DNA of 64,000 nt from a virus (IMGVR_UViG_3300026484_000545:13832-77831); one strand, 5' to 3'. Shown: positions 10,962 to 21,608, numbered from the stretch's first letter. A program made the numbers and translations. The notes: generated from the sequence alone by a model not told the origin.

Positions 10962-13611
10962 CAATCAAATCAGAAACTAGAAGTTTGTTTGTATAAATAT
11001 AGTGCAGTGTTTTAGATTCCTCAGTTACTTCAATTACCTCTCCAAATAACACCTTACATAATGGAGATAATTGCATCTTTTCATTGAGGACAAATACTGG
11101 AAAGTTTTGTTTAAACCTTTCAAATGCAATCATAATTGGTTTAAGATAAATTACTTTTCTAATTGGATATAACTTGTAATGCTTTGTACTTTTTGCATAT
11201 TGCTCTGGATTTTCAGGATTTCGCATCATTCCTCTGAGTAAAGTTTCAATATGTAACGATTTTATACCAACTTCATTAAATATTTGTAGTAATGTTTTGT
11301 AAACCTCAACCCAATCTTTTTCTTCATCAGGTTTAAATTCCACTTGACATAAAATTTCATCTAAAGCACTTGTAATATTTTTTCTTAATTCAAGTACTGC
11401 TCCCTTTGGAATAGTATCTACAATATCCACAAGTAATACACTGTTTTTTGGAAGGATTACTGTATCTCCATTTTCCAACTCTAAAACAACATCTGTTTCT
11501 AAAATAGAGTATTTCTCTAAATTTACGGGTTCAGCAAGTTTTAATTCTTCTTTAGCAATAACTGACGGATACTCAATTGTAAAATACTTTTGATTAATCT
11601 TCTCCTCTGGATTTTCAGACGCACCTCCTGTATGGAAAACTCTCATCATAAGTTGAGTGGTTGGTTCTCCTAGAGACTGTGCAGCAATAATTCCTACATT
11701 TCTTGATTTGTAAAAGCGATAGTATGGATAGCATTTTTTGCATAATTTATCTGACTTACATGTAATTGGAGAACGTATACGTACAGTTTTATCTAAAAAT
11801 TCGTGTTTATTTAGATGAGTTAAGAATGTTTCAGTTCCATCTTCATTAATAATCCATCTAAATAGAAATTGATCAATGTTGTCTTTTGTTAAGGTTACTT
11901 GAATTCCTTCCTTATCACCGCAATCTTCAAGTGTTTCATCTAATTCAATATCTTCTAAAGCATACACCAAACGTCTTGTTAAGTATCCAGTATCTGCAGT
12001 AGAAACTGATCGATTATAAGATCCTTTGATTGTCCCAAAGGACATCAAAACAATTTCTTTTTCATTTAATCCTTCGACAAATGAAGAAGTAATGGGAGTT
12101 GGAATTGTGAAACCTCTAAATGATTGCACATAACCTTTTGCAACAAATAACTGTTGTAAGTTTAACCAGGAACCTTTGGTTTTCGAGTTAATTAAAGTTG
12201 CTAGATTTGGAAATTTCTCAGGATGTTGCTTTAGATATTGTATACATTTTGCAAGATATTCTTGATAGTTTTCCTTAAGGCCTTGTTTCAATTTGAGAAA
12301 TTCTTCATCTTCCATAATTTGCGTAAAATCGTTTAAGTTTATCGAAATATCTATTTTTCGCAATTGTTGGAAAATGTAATCAATTACAGCAACATTACGA
12401 TAAGCAATTTCGCCTTTTTCTAGATACAGATCGTAAAGAAATTCAGTTACTAGTTTATCGAAATCTTTACCAGTAATTTGACGATCTACTTTAAATCCGA
12501 GTAATCTAAATAGAAGTCGTCCTAACGTAGTTTCTTCACCTTTATAAATCGCCTTCTTGGTAAAACCGTATTTATCAATTAACTTGGAGAGTTCTCTTAA
12601 ATTGGTTACCTCAATCGGTTGATCATTTTCATCAGGATCGCGGGTTGCCAAATACACTGAAAATCCTAATTGCGATGATGAAAATTTAAGTGAACCTGGG
12701 AATAGTAAATTTTGGTAAGACATCATCTTTGATTTTACTTCCTCTATCGCCTCTTTCGTAATTGGAATATAAACTGCCATTTGATCCCCATCAAAATCTG
12801 CATTATACGGTTTTACAATTAATGGCGGAATTTGAATTGCATATCCTTTAATTGGCTCAGCATAAAAAGCTTGCATAGAAGGCCTATGTAAAGTAGGTTG
12901 ACGATTTAAAATAACAGGAATATCCTTGGCAATTCTACGTACGAATTCCTCAAGTTCTTCATCATTGTCATTATAATTTTGAATTCTAAAGTAAATTTCA
13001 ACCGGATCTTCAGCTAGATTTAAAATCCAAGGCATATACAAATGTACTAAGATTCTATATGGAATTTTTACTTTGTAAAGTGGTAAATTTGGATCAACAG
13101 TAATTACAGTACGTGCAGAAAAGTCGATTCGCCTACCTAATAAATCTCCACGAATCAATTTCTTCTTTCCTTGTAATACTTCTTCAATTATAAAGTCAAA
13201 GAGTTTATTTACAGCCTTTTGTATAACGTTGTCTGTTGCAAATTGACTTTTACATTTTTTGAGAAGTTGTCTATAAAAGCGATTGATTTTATCAGAATAA
13301 CTCACCATTGTTGGTCTAAATTTTGCTGGGATAACATAAACCTTGTCAATCTCTAAAGTCCAAGGATATTTTTCGAAGAAACGTGCATACAATTCTTTAC
13401 TTCTAGATAACTTCTTACCTTGTTTGTAGCTATAATACCATTTAACGATACGCGCTCTAACTTCATTTAAATCTAATTCAAGTAAGTTGAGTTTTTCGAT
13501 GTCTTTACGTGTTAAGTATAGAGGATGCACAACTTTGTGAGGTAATGGGATAAATGCAGGTTTTTCAACTTTTGTGAGATCTTCGAAGTCATTAATAATA
13601 CCTACTCTCAT
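10948..13611 (-). CDS. rpoC: RNA polymerase beta-prime subunit #2, unsplit (probably the non-virion RNAP)
   Basis: LLGRRIDFSAR, NRQPTLH, NADFDGDQMA, TADTGYLTRRL, Zn-binding Cys, GEPTTQLMMRVFHTGG; start moved to MRVGII after AAGGAGG. Confidence 0.96.
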   Translation of the reverse strand: MRVGIINDFEDLTKVEKPAFIPLPHKVVHPLYLTRKDIEKLNLLELDLNEVRARIVKWYYSYKQGKKLSRSKELYARFFEKYPWTLEIDKVYVIPAKFRPTMVSYSDKINRFYRQLLKKCKSQFATDNVIQKAVNKLFDFIIEEVLQGKKKLIRGDLLGRRIDFSARTVITVDPNLPLYKVKIPYRILVHLYMPWILNLAEDPVEIYFRIQNYNDNDEELEEFVRRIAKDIPVILNRQPTLHRPSMQAFYAEPIKGYAIQIPPLIVKPYNADFDGDQMAVYIPITKEAIEEVKSKMMSYQNLLFPGSLKFSSSQLGFSVYLATRDPDENDQPIEVTNLRELSKLIDKYGFTKKAIYKGEETTLGRLLFRLLGFKVDRQITGKDFDKLVTEFLYDLYLEKGEIAYRNVAVIDYIFQQLRKIDISINLNDFTQIMEDEEFLKLKQGLKENYQEYLAKCIQYLKQHPEKFPNLATLINSKTKGSWLNLQQLFVAKGYVQSFRGFTIPTPITSSFVEGLNEKEIVLMSFGTIKGSYNRSVSTADTGYLTRRLVYALEDIELDETLEDCGDKEGIQVTLTKDNIDQFLFRWIINEDGTETFLTHLNKHEFLDKTVRIRSPITCKSDKLCKKCYPYYRFYKSRNVGIIAAQSLGEPTTQLMMRVFHTGGASENPEEKINQKYFTIEYPSVIAKEELKLAEPVNLEKYSILETDVVLELENGDTVILPKNSVLLVDIVDTIPKGAVLELRKNITSALDEILCQVEFKPDEEKDWVEVYKTLLQIFNEVGIKSLHIETLLRGMMRNPENPEQYAKSTKHYKLYPIRKVIYLKPIMIAFERFKQNFPVFVLNEKMQLSPLCKVLFGEVIEVTEESKTLHYIYTNKLLVSDLIEDEG

Positions 13612-13673
13612 AGATACCTCCTTCTTTTTTTTATATGAAAATTTTACTGAGATTTCTCGAAAATTCAAGATAA

Positions 13674-14024
13674 TTATTTATACTGATAAGTGGTGTTTAC
13701 AAACTCAACCCTTACGCTATAATTGTATTGTTTAAGTACCTCAATTAGATGTTGAATTGCCAAATAATACTCGCGTAACACTTGGTTTAACATCTGTATA
13801 TTATATTCGAACTTAGATACTTCAAAATCCATGTAGCAGAAATATAATTTACTGGAATTAAAGTCGTAGACAACAATCGGATGCATTTTCAGTGGCTTTG
13901 GTTTTGAAAGAAAAATGGTTTCATTTTTACTTGGCAAAGGAGTTTTAACGTAGATTACCTGCGGTTGAGGTTGAGTGCATGCATACAACGCTGTCATACA
14001 TAAAGCTAATACAACACCTCTCAT
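13674..14024 (-). CDS. Outer-membrane spanin (Rz1-like lipoprotein)
   Basis: Signal peptide with lipobox LYAC, Pro-rich segment, overlaps i-spanin stop. Confidence 0.7.
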   Translation of the reverse strand: MRGVVLALCMTALYACTQPQPQVIYVKTPLPSKNETIFLSKPKPLKMHPIVVYDFNSSKLYFCYMDFEVSKFEYNIQMLNQVLREYYLAIQHLIEVLKQYNYSVRVEFVNTTYQYK

Positions 14025-14566
14025 TTTCCACCCGTAATATCAAAAGTAATATTCCAACTCAAATATTTTAAAAGATTCGAAAGTGTACCATTAATATCCT
14101 TTCGATATAAAAGTAGGCATATATGATAAAGCTCTTTTGGATAGGTAAGTTTCGTTTGATTTACCTGCTTATAGATGATTTTCTCTTTATAGATTACCTT
14201 TGGTTTTAACGTTTTAAGTTTTTTCTTTAAAGCTTGCATATAGATATTTTGCTGTTCAAGTTTTTGTACAGTTTTTCTCAGCTCGCTTTGGAGTTTTTGC
14301 TTTTGTTTTTCTAATGTAGAAATATACTGTTGTAAACCTCGAACTTGAACCTTACAAACCTGTAGTGACTTATTTGTTTGTTGTAGTAAAACATTGACTT
14401 GCTCAAGTTTGTATTTAAGCTGTATATAGCTACTAGAAAGGGAATGGTATTTCACTTGTAACTTGAAGTACTTATAACCCAGACTTATTGAAAATCCGAG
14501 TAAAAGAATCGTAACAATTTTGCTTTCTAAAATTCGCCTAAGTATTTGCAGGATTATTGAATACAT
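14021..14566 (-). CDS. Inner-membrane spanin (Rz-like)
   Basis: N-terminal TM helix plus long coiled coil, between endolysin and lipoprotein. Confidence 0.7.
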   Translation of the reverse strand: MYSIILQILRRILESKIVTILLLGFSISLGYKYFKLQVKYHSLSSSYIQLKYKLEQVNVLLQQTNKSLQVCKVQVRGLQQYISTLEKQKQKLQSELRKTVQKLEQQNIYMQALKKKLKTLKPKVIYKEKIIYKQVNQTKLTYPKELYHICLLLYRKDINGTLSNLLKYLSWNITFDITGGK

Positions 14567-14571
14567 AACGA

Positions 14572-15096
14572 TTATCCTTCAAAAAATATAGTTGATAGAA
14601 TACGTCTAATCCAACCTCGTAAAAATTTTCGTTGGTTTAAAGAGCAATAATATAAAACTGCCCTTGTTAAAAACTCATGGTAGAGTTTCTTTTTATCACA
14701 ACGTTTAAATGCGGTAAGAGTTTTTGGACCAACGATTCCATCGACTTTCAATTTAAAACCGCAATCGTTTAATGCTTCTTGTAATAAAATGTTTGCTCGT
14801 TTAGGCCCGGTATTTACAGATAAATGAGCATGTAATAAAGCAATTTTTTTACAATATGATGATTTATCGCAATTATCTATAAGTTTCTGTGTAACGGTTA
14901 AATACTTATGGTAATAAACAGTTTTTGCATCATCTATTGAAAAATAATTCCAGTCATTCAACTGAAGAGCATCTTTATATTGCAGATAGGTGTTATAGGT
15001 AACTCCAAATTTAGTTTCGCCGCCTAAATCGTCAGGATCGTTTGAATATGCTCCTTCCCATTTTAAAATTTCGTCAAGAATTTTTTCGAGAAGCAT
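14572..15096 (-). CDS. Endolysin, GH108 lysozyme with peptidoglycan-binding domain
   Basis: EGAYSNDPDDLGGETKFGVT, VDGIVGPKT, FLRGWIRR; start moved to MLLEK after AAGGAGG. Confidence 0.9.
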   Translation of the reverse strand: MLLEKILDEILKWEGAYSNDPDDLGGETKFGVTYNTYLQYKDALQLNDWNYFSIDDAKTVYYHKYLTVTQKLIDNCDKSSYCKKIALLHAHLSVNTGPKRANILLQEALNDCGFKLKVDGIVGPKTLTAFKRCDKKKLYHEFLTRAVLYYCSLNQRKFLRGWIRRILSTIFFEG

Positions 15097-15225
15097 TTTC
15101 TTCCTCCTTAGAAATAGGGGAGGAATCATCCTCCCCTACAAATATAACTTTTGGACTCATAATTTTATCTGTAACGCGAATTTTCCTATTATATTTGCAA
15201 TATTGTAAAAGGTATTTCTTTAGCT

Positions 15226-15984
15226 TCATAGATCCTCCAAGGATAATTCCTCGAGTTGTTCATCAAAAATTTCTCCAAATTCATTTAAAGATGCAGTATT
15301 ATGAATGCATACGTGTATATCATTTTCAAGTACACCTTCGCTAAATAAATGATATACGTTGTCGTCAAATTTTACAGCAATTTGTAATGTCTTAAACGGC
15401 AATACAAAAACCATTGGATCAATATCTAAAGTACCTTTAACCTCACCATTATAACCTGTAATATCAAATTGAACTTCGTTATTTCCATCACTTGATAAAA
15501 TGTAGAATCTTGCAAATTTATCGTCTAGTTTTAATCTGGGAGCAGATTTGAAAACTGTTGCAAGTTTGTAAATTTTTGCAAGTTCAGATACATCAATTGT
15601 AAGATTAGCAATTTCTTGCATATCTTTAGTTTTTAATTCGTTAAACTCATCTAGTACAAATTCGTTGGCTAGAATTGGAATACGAGACTCGAAACGAAGT
15701 TTTTTATCTTCAGATTCAAAAATACATTCGCTATCATTAATGTCATAATAGAGTGCTTTCTTAAAGTTGTCAGTTAATATTTTGAACGCTTGGATTTTTT
15801 GTTTTACATCGGTGATTATAAAGTTTTCGGAAAATGTAAATGGAAATTTGAAGTAGTAAATTGCAGTCTTTGCGTTGTTAGTAATACACATGATGTCATT
15901 TTTAATTTGAGCATCAGTTACATCTAATACTTTGAGAATGTCAACAAGAGTTTTGAGATTTTCTGCAGCAATCTTCATGCTCAT
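15226..15984 (-). CDS. DNA sliding clamp (gp45/PCNA-like)
   Basis: ~250-aa acidic beta-rich protein next to primase and clamp loader. Confidence 0.6.
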   Translation of the reverse strand: MSMKIAAENLKTLVDILKVLDVTDAQIKNDIMCITNNAKTAIYYFKFPFTFSENFIITDVKQKIQAFKILTDNFKKALYYDINDSECIFESEDKKLRFESRIPILANEFVLDEFNELKTKDMQEIANLTIDVSELAKIYKLATVFKSAPRLKLDDKFARFYILSSDGNNEVQFDITGYNGEVKGTLDIDPMVFVLPFKTLQIAVKFDDNVYHLFSEGVLENDIHVCIHNTASLNEFGEIFDEQLEELSLEDL

Positions 15985-16032
15985 GCTTGAAATACCTCCT
16001 TTTAACTGGTTTCATTTTTTCTTCAAAGATAT

Positions 16033-16920
16033 TTATACAAATTTCTTTTCGCATACTAAAATGGGATCTACATGCGGTTCCCCAAAGTCTTTGCCAAATG
16101 CATTCTCATAAATACGCAACGTTTGGCAATATTGCGATGCATAATTCATCAAGTCGGTATAATCATAATCTTTATCACGTAAAAATATCAAGTTAAACCG
16201 AATGCCGTATAATACAAATAGGATTTTGATAGTACTGAAAATTGCATTTTTTCCTAATGTGGCTATTTTTGGATAAGGTAGATTATATGCAAACTTTGAC
16301 AAAATATCGAAAATTCCTTCAGCAAGGATAATAGTTTTATACTTTATGAAATTTTCAAGCGATAAATGATAGGCATAGAAATCAAACCCTTCGCTTAATT
16401 TTTTAGTACGATATCGAATACGTGCTGCCGAGTCTATTGCTCTTCCAATAAGTTTACGTTTGAAAAAAGTGAGAAATCCAATATAATTTGGACCAAAATA
16501 CTCCTCAGAATTTACAATTGATAACTCATCATACTTTTCAACTGGAATATGAGGAACTCTACGTTGCAAATATTCTATTTGAGCATCGGTTAATTCCTTT
16601 GAAATAACTACATCATGTGCCTTTTGAAAAGTCTGCAATTTAAACCTGACGGATTGCTGTGCAAATAATTGCAAAACCTCAATAGGAATTGGTTTACCTT
16701 TTGCAATTAGTTGAAGAAAGAATCTAACTGGAGCGAATTTTCCACAACGAAAGCATTTTCCAAAACCTGAGTCAAAATATAGGTATAGATGTCCATGATT
16801 GTATAAATGTTTACGACTGTCGCCACAAACGGGACATCGAGTAACTATAGCGTTAGGTTTTACTTTAAAACATCTATTTTCCTCAAAAAATCTCTGTACT
16901 GACTCTGGAATCTCAAACAT
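16033..16920 (-). CDS. DnaG/T4 gp61-type DNA primase
   Basis: Zn finger CPVCGDS...CFRC; TOPRIM EGIFD and DKD. Confidence 0.85.
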   Translation of the reverse strand: MFEIPESVQRFFEENRCFKVKPNAIVTRCPVCGDSRKHLYNHGHLYLYFDSGFGKCFRCGKFAPVRFFLQLIAKGKPIPIEVLQLFAQQSVRFKLQTFQKAHDVVISKELTDAQIEYLQRRVPHIPVEKYDELSIVNSEEYFGPNYIGFLTFFKRKLIGRAIDSAARIRYRTKKLSEGFDFYAYHLSLENFIKYKTIILAEGIFDILSKFAYNLPYPKIATLGKNAIFSTIKILFVLYGIRFNLIFLRDKDYDYTDLMNYASQYCQTLRIYENAFGKDFGEPHVDPILVCEKKFV

Positions 16921-16934
16921 TTCTCAATACCCTT

Positions 16935-17861
16935 TTATTGGGATTTCCAAAGTTTGAACGCAAGTGCAATAAGAATTACATCGGGATAAATTGAGGATTC
17001 AATTTTATAGGCATAGTCCGCAATAATTAGTTTCTGATCTAAATCAGCTAGTTCCATAATAGAGTCAATGATAAATTTCAAGTCGAGCATATTATGATAG
17101 GTTCGAAGCAATTTTGCAATTTCGTTGAGAGTCTGTTTAGTAGCATTTCCAGCAAGGATTTGATTAAAGTAGGAAATAACCTTATTGTTGACGTCAACTA
17201 ATTCATGATCTTCAAGCTGTAGCTTTTTATTAACGGTATATTTTTGTAATGTTTGTAAAATATCTCTAACCTTTGGATAGTAGTAGTTCACGATTTTAAT
17301 TACGTCTTCCTTGTTATATTCAACTTGCTCGGCATCTAAAACTGAAAATACGTATTCTAATACCTTATCCTTAGGTAAAGCATTAAAGTAAAATATTTGG
17401 AATCTAGATTGAATAGGACTTGGGATTTTACGAATGTAGTTTGCAGTTGCAATAACTGATACATGTTTTGCTGCTTGTTCGATAAGTTTTCTAAATGCTA
17501 GGTAAAAGTCTTTAGAAGCATTATCAAACTCATCAATAAATATGATTTTTACAGGTGATGCAAGTGGCGGAGTTCTCGTAAAGGGTTCAATTGTATCTCT
17601 AACATCATCAATACCTAGCCCAGAACCGTTTAACTCTAGTAAATCTCTCGGACTACGAATGATATGAGATATTAAAATTTTTGCTAAAGTTGTTTTTCCA
17701 GAACCAGGTAATCCTACAAATAACAAATGAGCAAGATTTTGTTTTGGATTTTTTAGGATTTCTTCCATTTTTTGCTTTACAATCGGTTTTAATTGCAATT
17801 GCTCTAGAGATTTTGGACGATATTTTTCATACCAGATTCTGCTTAGGATTTCATTTTGCAT
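16935..17861 (-). CDS. Clamp loader AAA+ subunit (RFC/gp44-like)
   Basis: WYEKYRP, GLPGSGKT, DEFD, PIQSRF. Confidence 0.93.
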   Translation of the reverse strand: MQNEILSRIWYEKYRPKSLEQLQLKPIVKQKMEEILKNPKQNLAHLLFVGLPGSGKTTLAKILISHIIRSPRDLLELNGSGLGIDDVRDTIEPFTRTPPLASPVKIIFIDEFDNASKDFYLAFRKLIEQAAKHVSVIATANYIRKIPSPIQSRFQIFYFNALPKDKVLEYVFSVLDAEQVEYNKEDVIKIVNYYYPKVRDILQTLQKYTVNKKLQLEDHELVDVNNKVISYFNQILAGNATKQTLNEIAKLLRTYHNMLDLKFIIDSIMELADLDQKLIIADYAYKIESSIYPDVILIALAFKLWKSQ

Positions 17862-17893
17862 TCTTCATACCTCCATCTTTAATACTGACTTCA

Positions 17894-18700
17894 TTAATTA
17901 TTTAGCTGAGATAATTGAGAAAGCTCCTTTAGTACTGATTGTTCCAACGATCTAAACTTATCTTTAACCCATTGAAGTTCTTCTTCGTTAAAATTACAAT
18001 CCTCTTCGAGGAATTTCAAAAACGGTTTTTCTTTCATTTTTTCGTAAAACTTAATGGAAATATGTACTAGATCTGATGGAGATAATGAAGATTTTTGGTT
18101 GTATATAATACGTTGCGCTTTTAAATCAGGAAATAGCACTTTTAAAATTTTTGCGCGAAGTTTTTTGTTTTCGAGAATTTGATATAGAACAAGTGTCTGT
18201 TTAAGCATTGTCTCTGCTTTTGCCTTTTCAGCTTCGATTTTTTGGGCACGTTCCTGTAAGAATTTATGAAATTCCTCAGGATCTATATCAAACATTTTGC
18301 ATATGTCATTGACTGACTTTATATCTGAAATTATGAGCGAATAACCATCGTTACGTGAAGAAGCTTTTTGTTCAAGCTCTTTAAGTTCATTAAGAAATTC
18401 GTTGATTTTATCAGTTGCTAATTTCAGTTGTTCAGCGTTATTTTCCATACGAGAAATTTTTTCTAGATACCAAGATAAAACCATTATAAAGCGTCCTACA
18501 TATATTGCAAGCGGTAGATGTTCTTCCTTACAATTTTCCAAATAATTTTCTTTTATATGTGTTGCAAGTTGTTCTAAACTTTTAGCAATATTACCTTGAA
18601 TCAGTTTGTTTTTAATTCCATCGAATGTAGATTCTACAAAAGATGATAAAAATGCATCGAGTTCTACCTTTAATCTTTCATATTTTGAGAGTTCAGCCAT
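17894..18700 (-). CDS. Hypothetical helical protein
   Basis: ORF with GGAGG RBS before MAELSK. Confidence 0.7.
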   Translation of the reverse strand: MAELSKYERLKVELDAFLSSFVESTFDGIKNKLIQGNIAKSLEQLATHIKENYLENCKEEHLPLAIYVGRFIMVLSWYLEKISRMENNAEQLKLATDKINEFLNELKELEQKASSRNDGYSLIISDIKSVNDICKMFDIDPEEFHKFLQERAQKIEAEKAKAETMLKQTLVLYQILENKKLRAKILKVLFPDLKAQRIIYNQKSSLSPSDLVHISIKFYEKMKEKPFLKFLEEDCNFNEEELQWVKDKFRSLEQSVLKELSQLSQLNN

Positions 18701-18729
18701 TGGTACCTCCATCTTTTGATTTTTTTAAC

Positions 18730-19881
18730 TTAACGACAAATTGCAGGTTTAATATAAATGAAATACAACAAACGAATTAAATATTTTCGAAATTGGGCAT
18801 TTAAACTTGCATATCGTTTTACCAGCTCTACTTTATTTGGCATATGTTTATTAAGCACATAGAAAATCATTCGATCCACATATTCCTTAAATATTTTCGC
18901 ATGTTGACTTCTCTTATCCTTTAAAAGCTTTATTAGTAATTGATATGATTTTAAGCTTGCGCATATGTTTTTGGGAGCATAAAATTGAGGATAATGCTCT
19001 AAAAGAAACTGTAGAAAGCTATGAAAATAATCTTGTAATTCTTTGGATTCTTGAATTTCTTGTACAAAATATTTTCCAAAAGTTATAAGCATGTATTTCG
19101 ATTGCATGTCCTTTGCAAATTGAGTTAAAACTTGTTCAGGAATAGCACTTGCATTTGATATTTGTGCAAGTATTTGTTTAATGTAAATACTAAGCATAGA
19201 AAATGAAAAAGTTTCATGTTCATCTTTATACGCGAGACTTGTTTGATGCTCATGTGCAATGTAATATGCTTTTGCCAGCTGTGAAAGAATTGTATTAATT
19301 CGATGCTTTATATAGGAAAATAGTCGAGAGAAAGATGTAACGTCAAATCGTTTTACTACTTTCTGAATTTCATGCTCTGTTAGATACTCTAAAATTTTAA
19401 CGAAATCCCCTTTGTACTTATACAATAGACTACGCTTGTCAACGTAGTCCAATGCTGATACCAATATATCGTCTTTGCAATAGGGAATATATTTTTTGAA
19501 CAAGTTAATCCAAACAAATGCAGCATACGATAAAATTACTTTCTTAAGCTCTTGTGGATGTCTTGTAAGTACGTACAACGTAAGCAAAATGTATGTTGCA
19601 ATTGGACTTGCTTTAATATTACGAAATAATGAATAAGTTTCAGTATACTTGTTTAGAATTTTTTGAATTTGACTTGCACCTAGTTTCTCCAAGAAATGAT
19701 CCCTAATTAAAATCAGCTCCTGCATAGTTGCCACTTTCGGACACATATCCGTTAACAATGCAAGTTGCTTTTGGTAAAGTTTATGTAATAATGACATTAC
19801 GTATTCGTCATCAATATTTGAAAATACGTCATGTAATTCGCGACGCACATCATCAAATGCTTCACATAGTTTCTTATACAT
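18730..19881 (-). CDS. Jumbo-phage-type helical hypothetical protein (possible RNAP accessory or sigma-like subunit)
   Basis: 383-aa helical ORF with good RBS; function is inference only. Confidence 0.5.
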   Translation of the reverse strand: MYKKLCEAFDDVRRELHDVFSNIDDEYVMSLLHKLYQKQLALLTDMCPKVATMQELILIRDHFLEKLGASQIQKILNKYTETYSLFRNIKASPIATYILLTLYVLTRHPQELKKVILSYAAFVWINLFKKYIPYCKDDILVSALDYVDKRSLLYKYKGDFVKILEYLTEHEIQKVVKRFDVTSFSRLFSYIKHRINTILSQLAKAYYIAHEHQTSLAYKDEHETFSFSMLSIYIKQILAQISNASAIPEQVLTQFAKDMQSKYMLITFGKYFVQEIQESKELQDYFHSFLQFLLEHYPQFYAPKNICASLKSYQLLIKLLKDKRSQHAKIFKEYVDRMIFYVLNKHMPNKVELVKRYASLNAQFRKYLIRLLYFIYIKPAICR

Positions 19882-19904
19882 TTAAGGCCTCCCTTTGTTC
19901 TAGT

Positions 19905-20483
19905 TTAGATTCTTGTAAGAATCAAATTGGGATTTCCCGATAGTATTACTCTACGTAAAATATGATACCAGGGAATTAATACGGGTTCTTTTGTTTCGTA
20001 GTTAGGTAGCGTTTTTAAATCAATCACATAATAATTGAAGTAAAAATGATTTTCAGGAAAATTTCGACGTAAATACAATCTAGCCTTTTGAAGCATTTGT
20101 CGGGTTTGCAAATGCTTTTGCTGAGCGATTGGTGCAGTTACATGAGTTAGTATTGCTGCAAGTTCAGTTTTCTTATTAGGATATACTCCAAAGATATAAC
20201 GCTTACCAGGACGTTTATTAAAAAATACTCGGTTATAAAAATAAGGAGTTTTAAAGAAAACTCTCGGATTATACAATTCAACTACGAAACCAGAATAAAT
20301 ATCGAAAAACCACTTTGCTCCAAACCTAATTACTTTAGGTGAACGTTGGTATATTCCTAAATATGCATGAAAAGGATTGTAATCAAAATAGGGTTTGCGT
20401 TCCCAAGGTGCTAGATAATGTAACCAATCCCGTAAAAATTTATGATAAGTTTCTTCAAAAATTTCAAGTAGATCTTTATTCAT
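19905..20483 (-). CDS. Hypothetical basic/aromatic protein
   Basis: ATGA-coupled to the PolB C-half. Confidence 0.7.
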   Translation of the reverse strand: MNKDLLEIFEETYHKFLRDWLHYLAPWERKPYFDYNPFHAYLGIYQRSPKVIRFGAKWFFDIYSGFVVELYNPRVFFKTPYFYNRVFFNKRPGKRYIFGVYPNKKTELAAILTHVTAPIAQQKHLQTRQMLQKARLYLRRNFPENHFYFNYYVIDLKTLPNYETKEPVLIPWYHILRRVILSGNPNLILTRI

Positions 20484-21541
20484 GCATGCTCCCGAGCCAA
20501 TTTTATTAATTCATGTTGCTTTTGGCGAATTAGGTTTTCAGCTAAACGATCAAAATCGATGCCTAGCGGTTGTAATAATTGTACTAGTTTTGCATGTACA
20601 AAGGATTTATATTGCGCAATAGGATCGACTTCAAATTTCACATCTGGAATAGTTTCCTCAAAAAATATTGCTGTAAAGTAATTTCTTGGATTAGTGATTC
20701 CGAAAAGTTTTTTCCACTCTTGAGTAATTTGTTTATATTGCTCTGGAGTTAAATCAATTGAACGAATCTTAAACAAGTAACCTTTTGAGAAAAATTGTTG
20801 GCCAGTTAAAACTCGATATAATGAAGCTGCTCTTGCAGCTTCATTATTTGACTTGTAATCCTCTAGTTTTTTAACACTTTGTGGTTTGGCAGTTCTCAAA
20901 TCTTTTTTTGCTGCTAGTTTCATAAACTGATATGCAAATGATAAAGCATATTTTTTGATAGTTTCAACACTATCGCCCTTTAAAATACGCTCGGCCAAGA
21001 AACGTATCATTTTATTTGTAAACTCAGGTACGTCAGATTTAACTCCAATGTTCAAATATCCAATTTCGTCAATTAAAACACCTTCTCTCATTATTGCACG
21101 ATATACATAATGCTTTTTCATTGAGATTAAAATTGATTGGAAAATATACTCTTGCTTGAATTTGAATTTGTTTTCAGCATTTAAGGATTTTGCATATGCA
21201 TCTAAAACTCTATCTACATATTTTTGTATGTAATGTACTAGAGCAAGAGTTAAAGCAATTACATCATTTTTTGTAAAAGGTAAATTCTCATATTCATCAT
21301 ATTTTAGAGCGCGTTCAATTTGTTCGTCACCTAAATTAGGATAAAAGCGTTTAAGTGCTTTTTTAAGAAGTGGATATAGTACAATGAACGAAGAATCTGT
21401 ATCGGAATACAATACATATTTCAAGGAACCAGCGCCATACTTAACCATTTTAAAGGTAATATCCACAGGAAATTTTTGAACTTCCTCTTCCAAAAATTGA
21501 AGTTTTTCAATCCACTCGTTAACCTGTTGCTCTAAATCCAT
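20480..21541 (-). CDS. polB: Family B DNA polymerase, C-terminal subunit (palm motif C and thumb)
   Basis: YSDTDS motif C, FKQE, KKHY. Confidence 0.88.
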   Translation of the reverse strand: MDLEQQVNEWIEKLQFLEEEVQKFPVDITFKMVKYGAGSLKYVLYSDTDSSFIVLYPLLKKALKRFYPNLGDEQIERALKYDEYENLPFTKNDVIALTLALVHYIQKYVDRVLDAYAKSLNAENKFKFKQEYIFQSILISMKKHYVYRAIMREGVLIDEIGYLNIGVKSDVPEFTNKMIRFLAERILKGDSVETIKKYALSFAYQFMKLAAKKDLRTAKPQSVKKLEDYKSNNEAARAASLYRVLTGQQFFSKGYLFKIRSIDLTPEQYKQITQEWKKLFGITNPRNYFTAIFFEETIPDVKFEVDPIAQYKSFVHAKLVQLLQPLGIDFDRLAENLIRQKQHELIKLAREHA

Positions 21542-21567
21542 TTCTTTACCTCCAATTTTATTTTCAG

Positions 21568-21596
21568 GAATTATTTATGCAGATATGAGATAAAAA
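21568..21596 (-). promoter_or_regulatory. Candidate phage promoter (TTTTTAT..N..CATAAATAATTC)
   Basis: Same GAATTATTTAT core (plus-strand reading) as at 24595 and 30710, upstream of a minus-strand RBS. Confidence 0.6.
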
Positions 21597-21608
21597 TTGA
21601 GAAAATAC

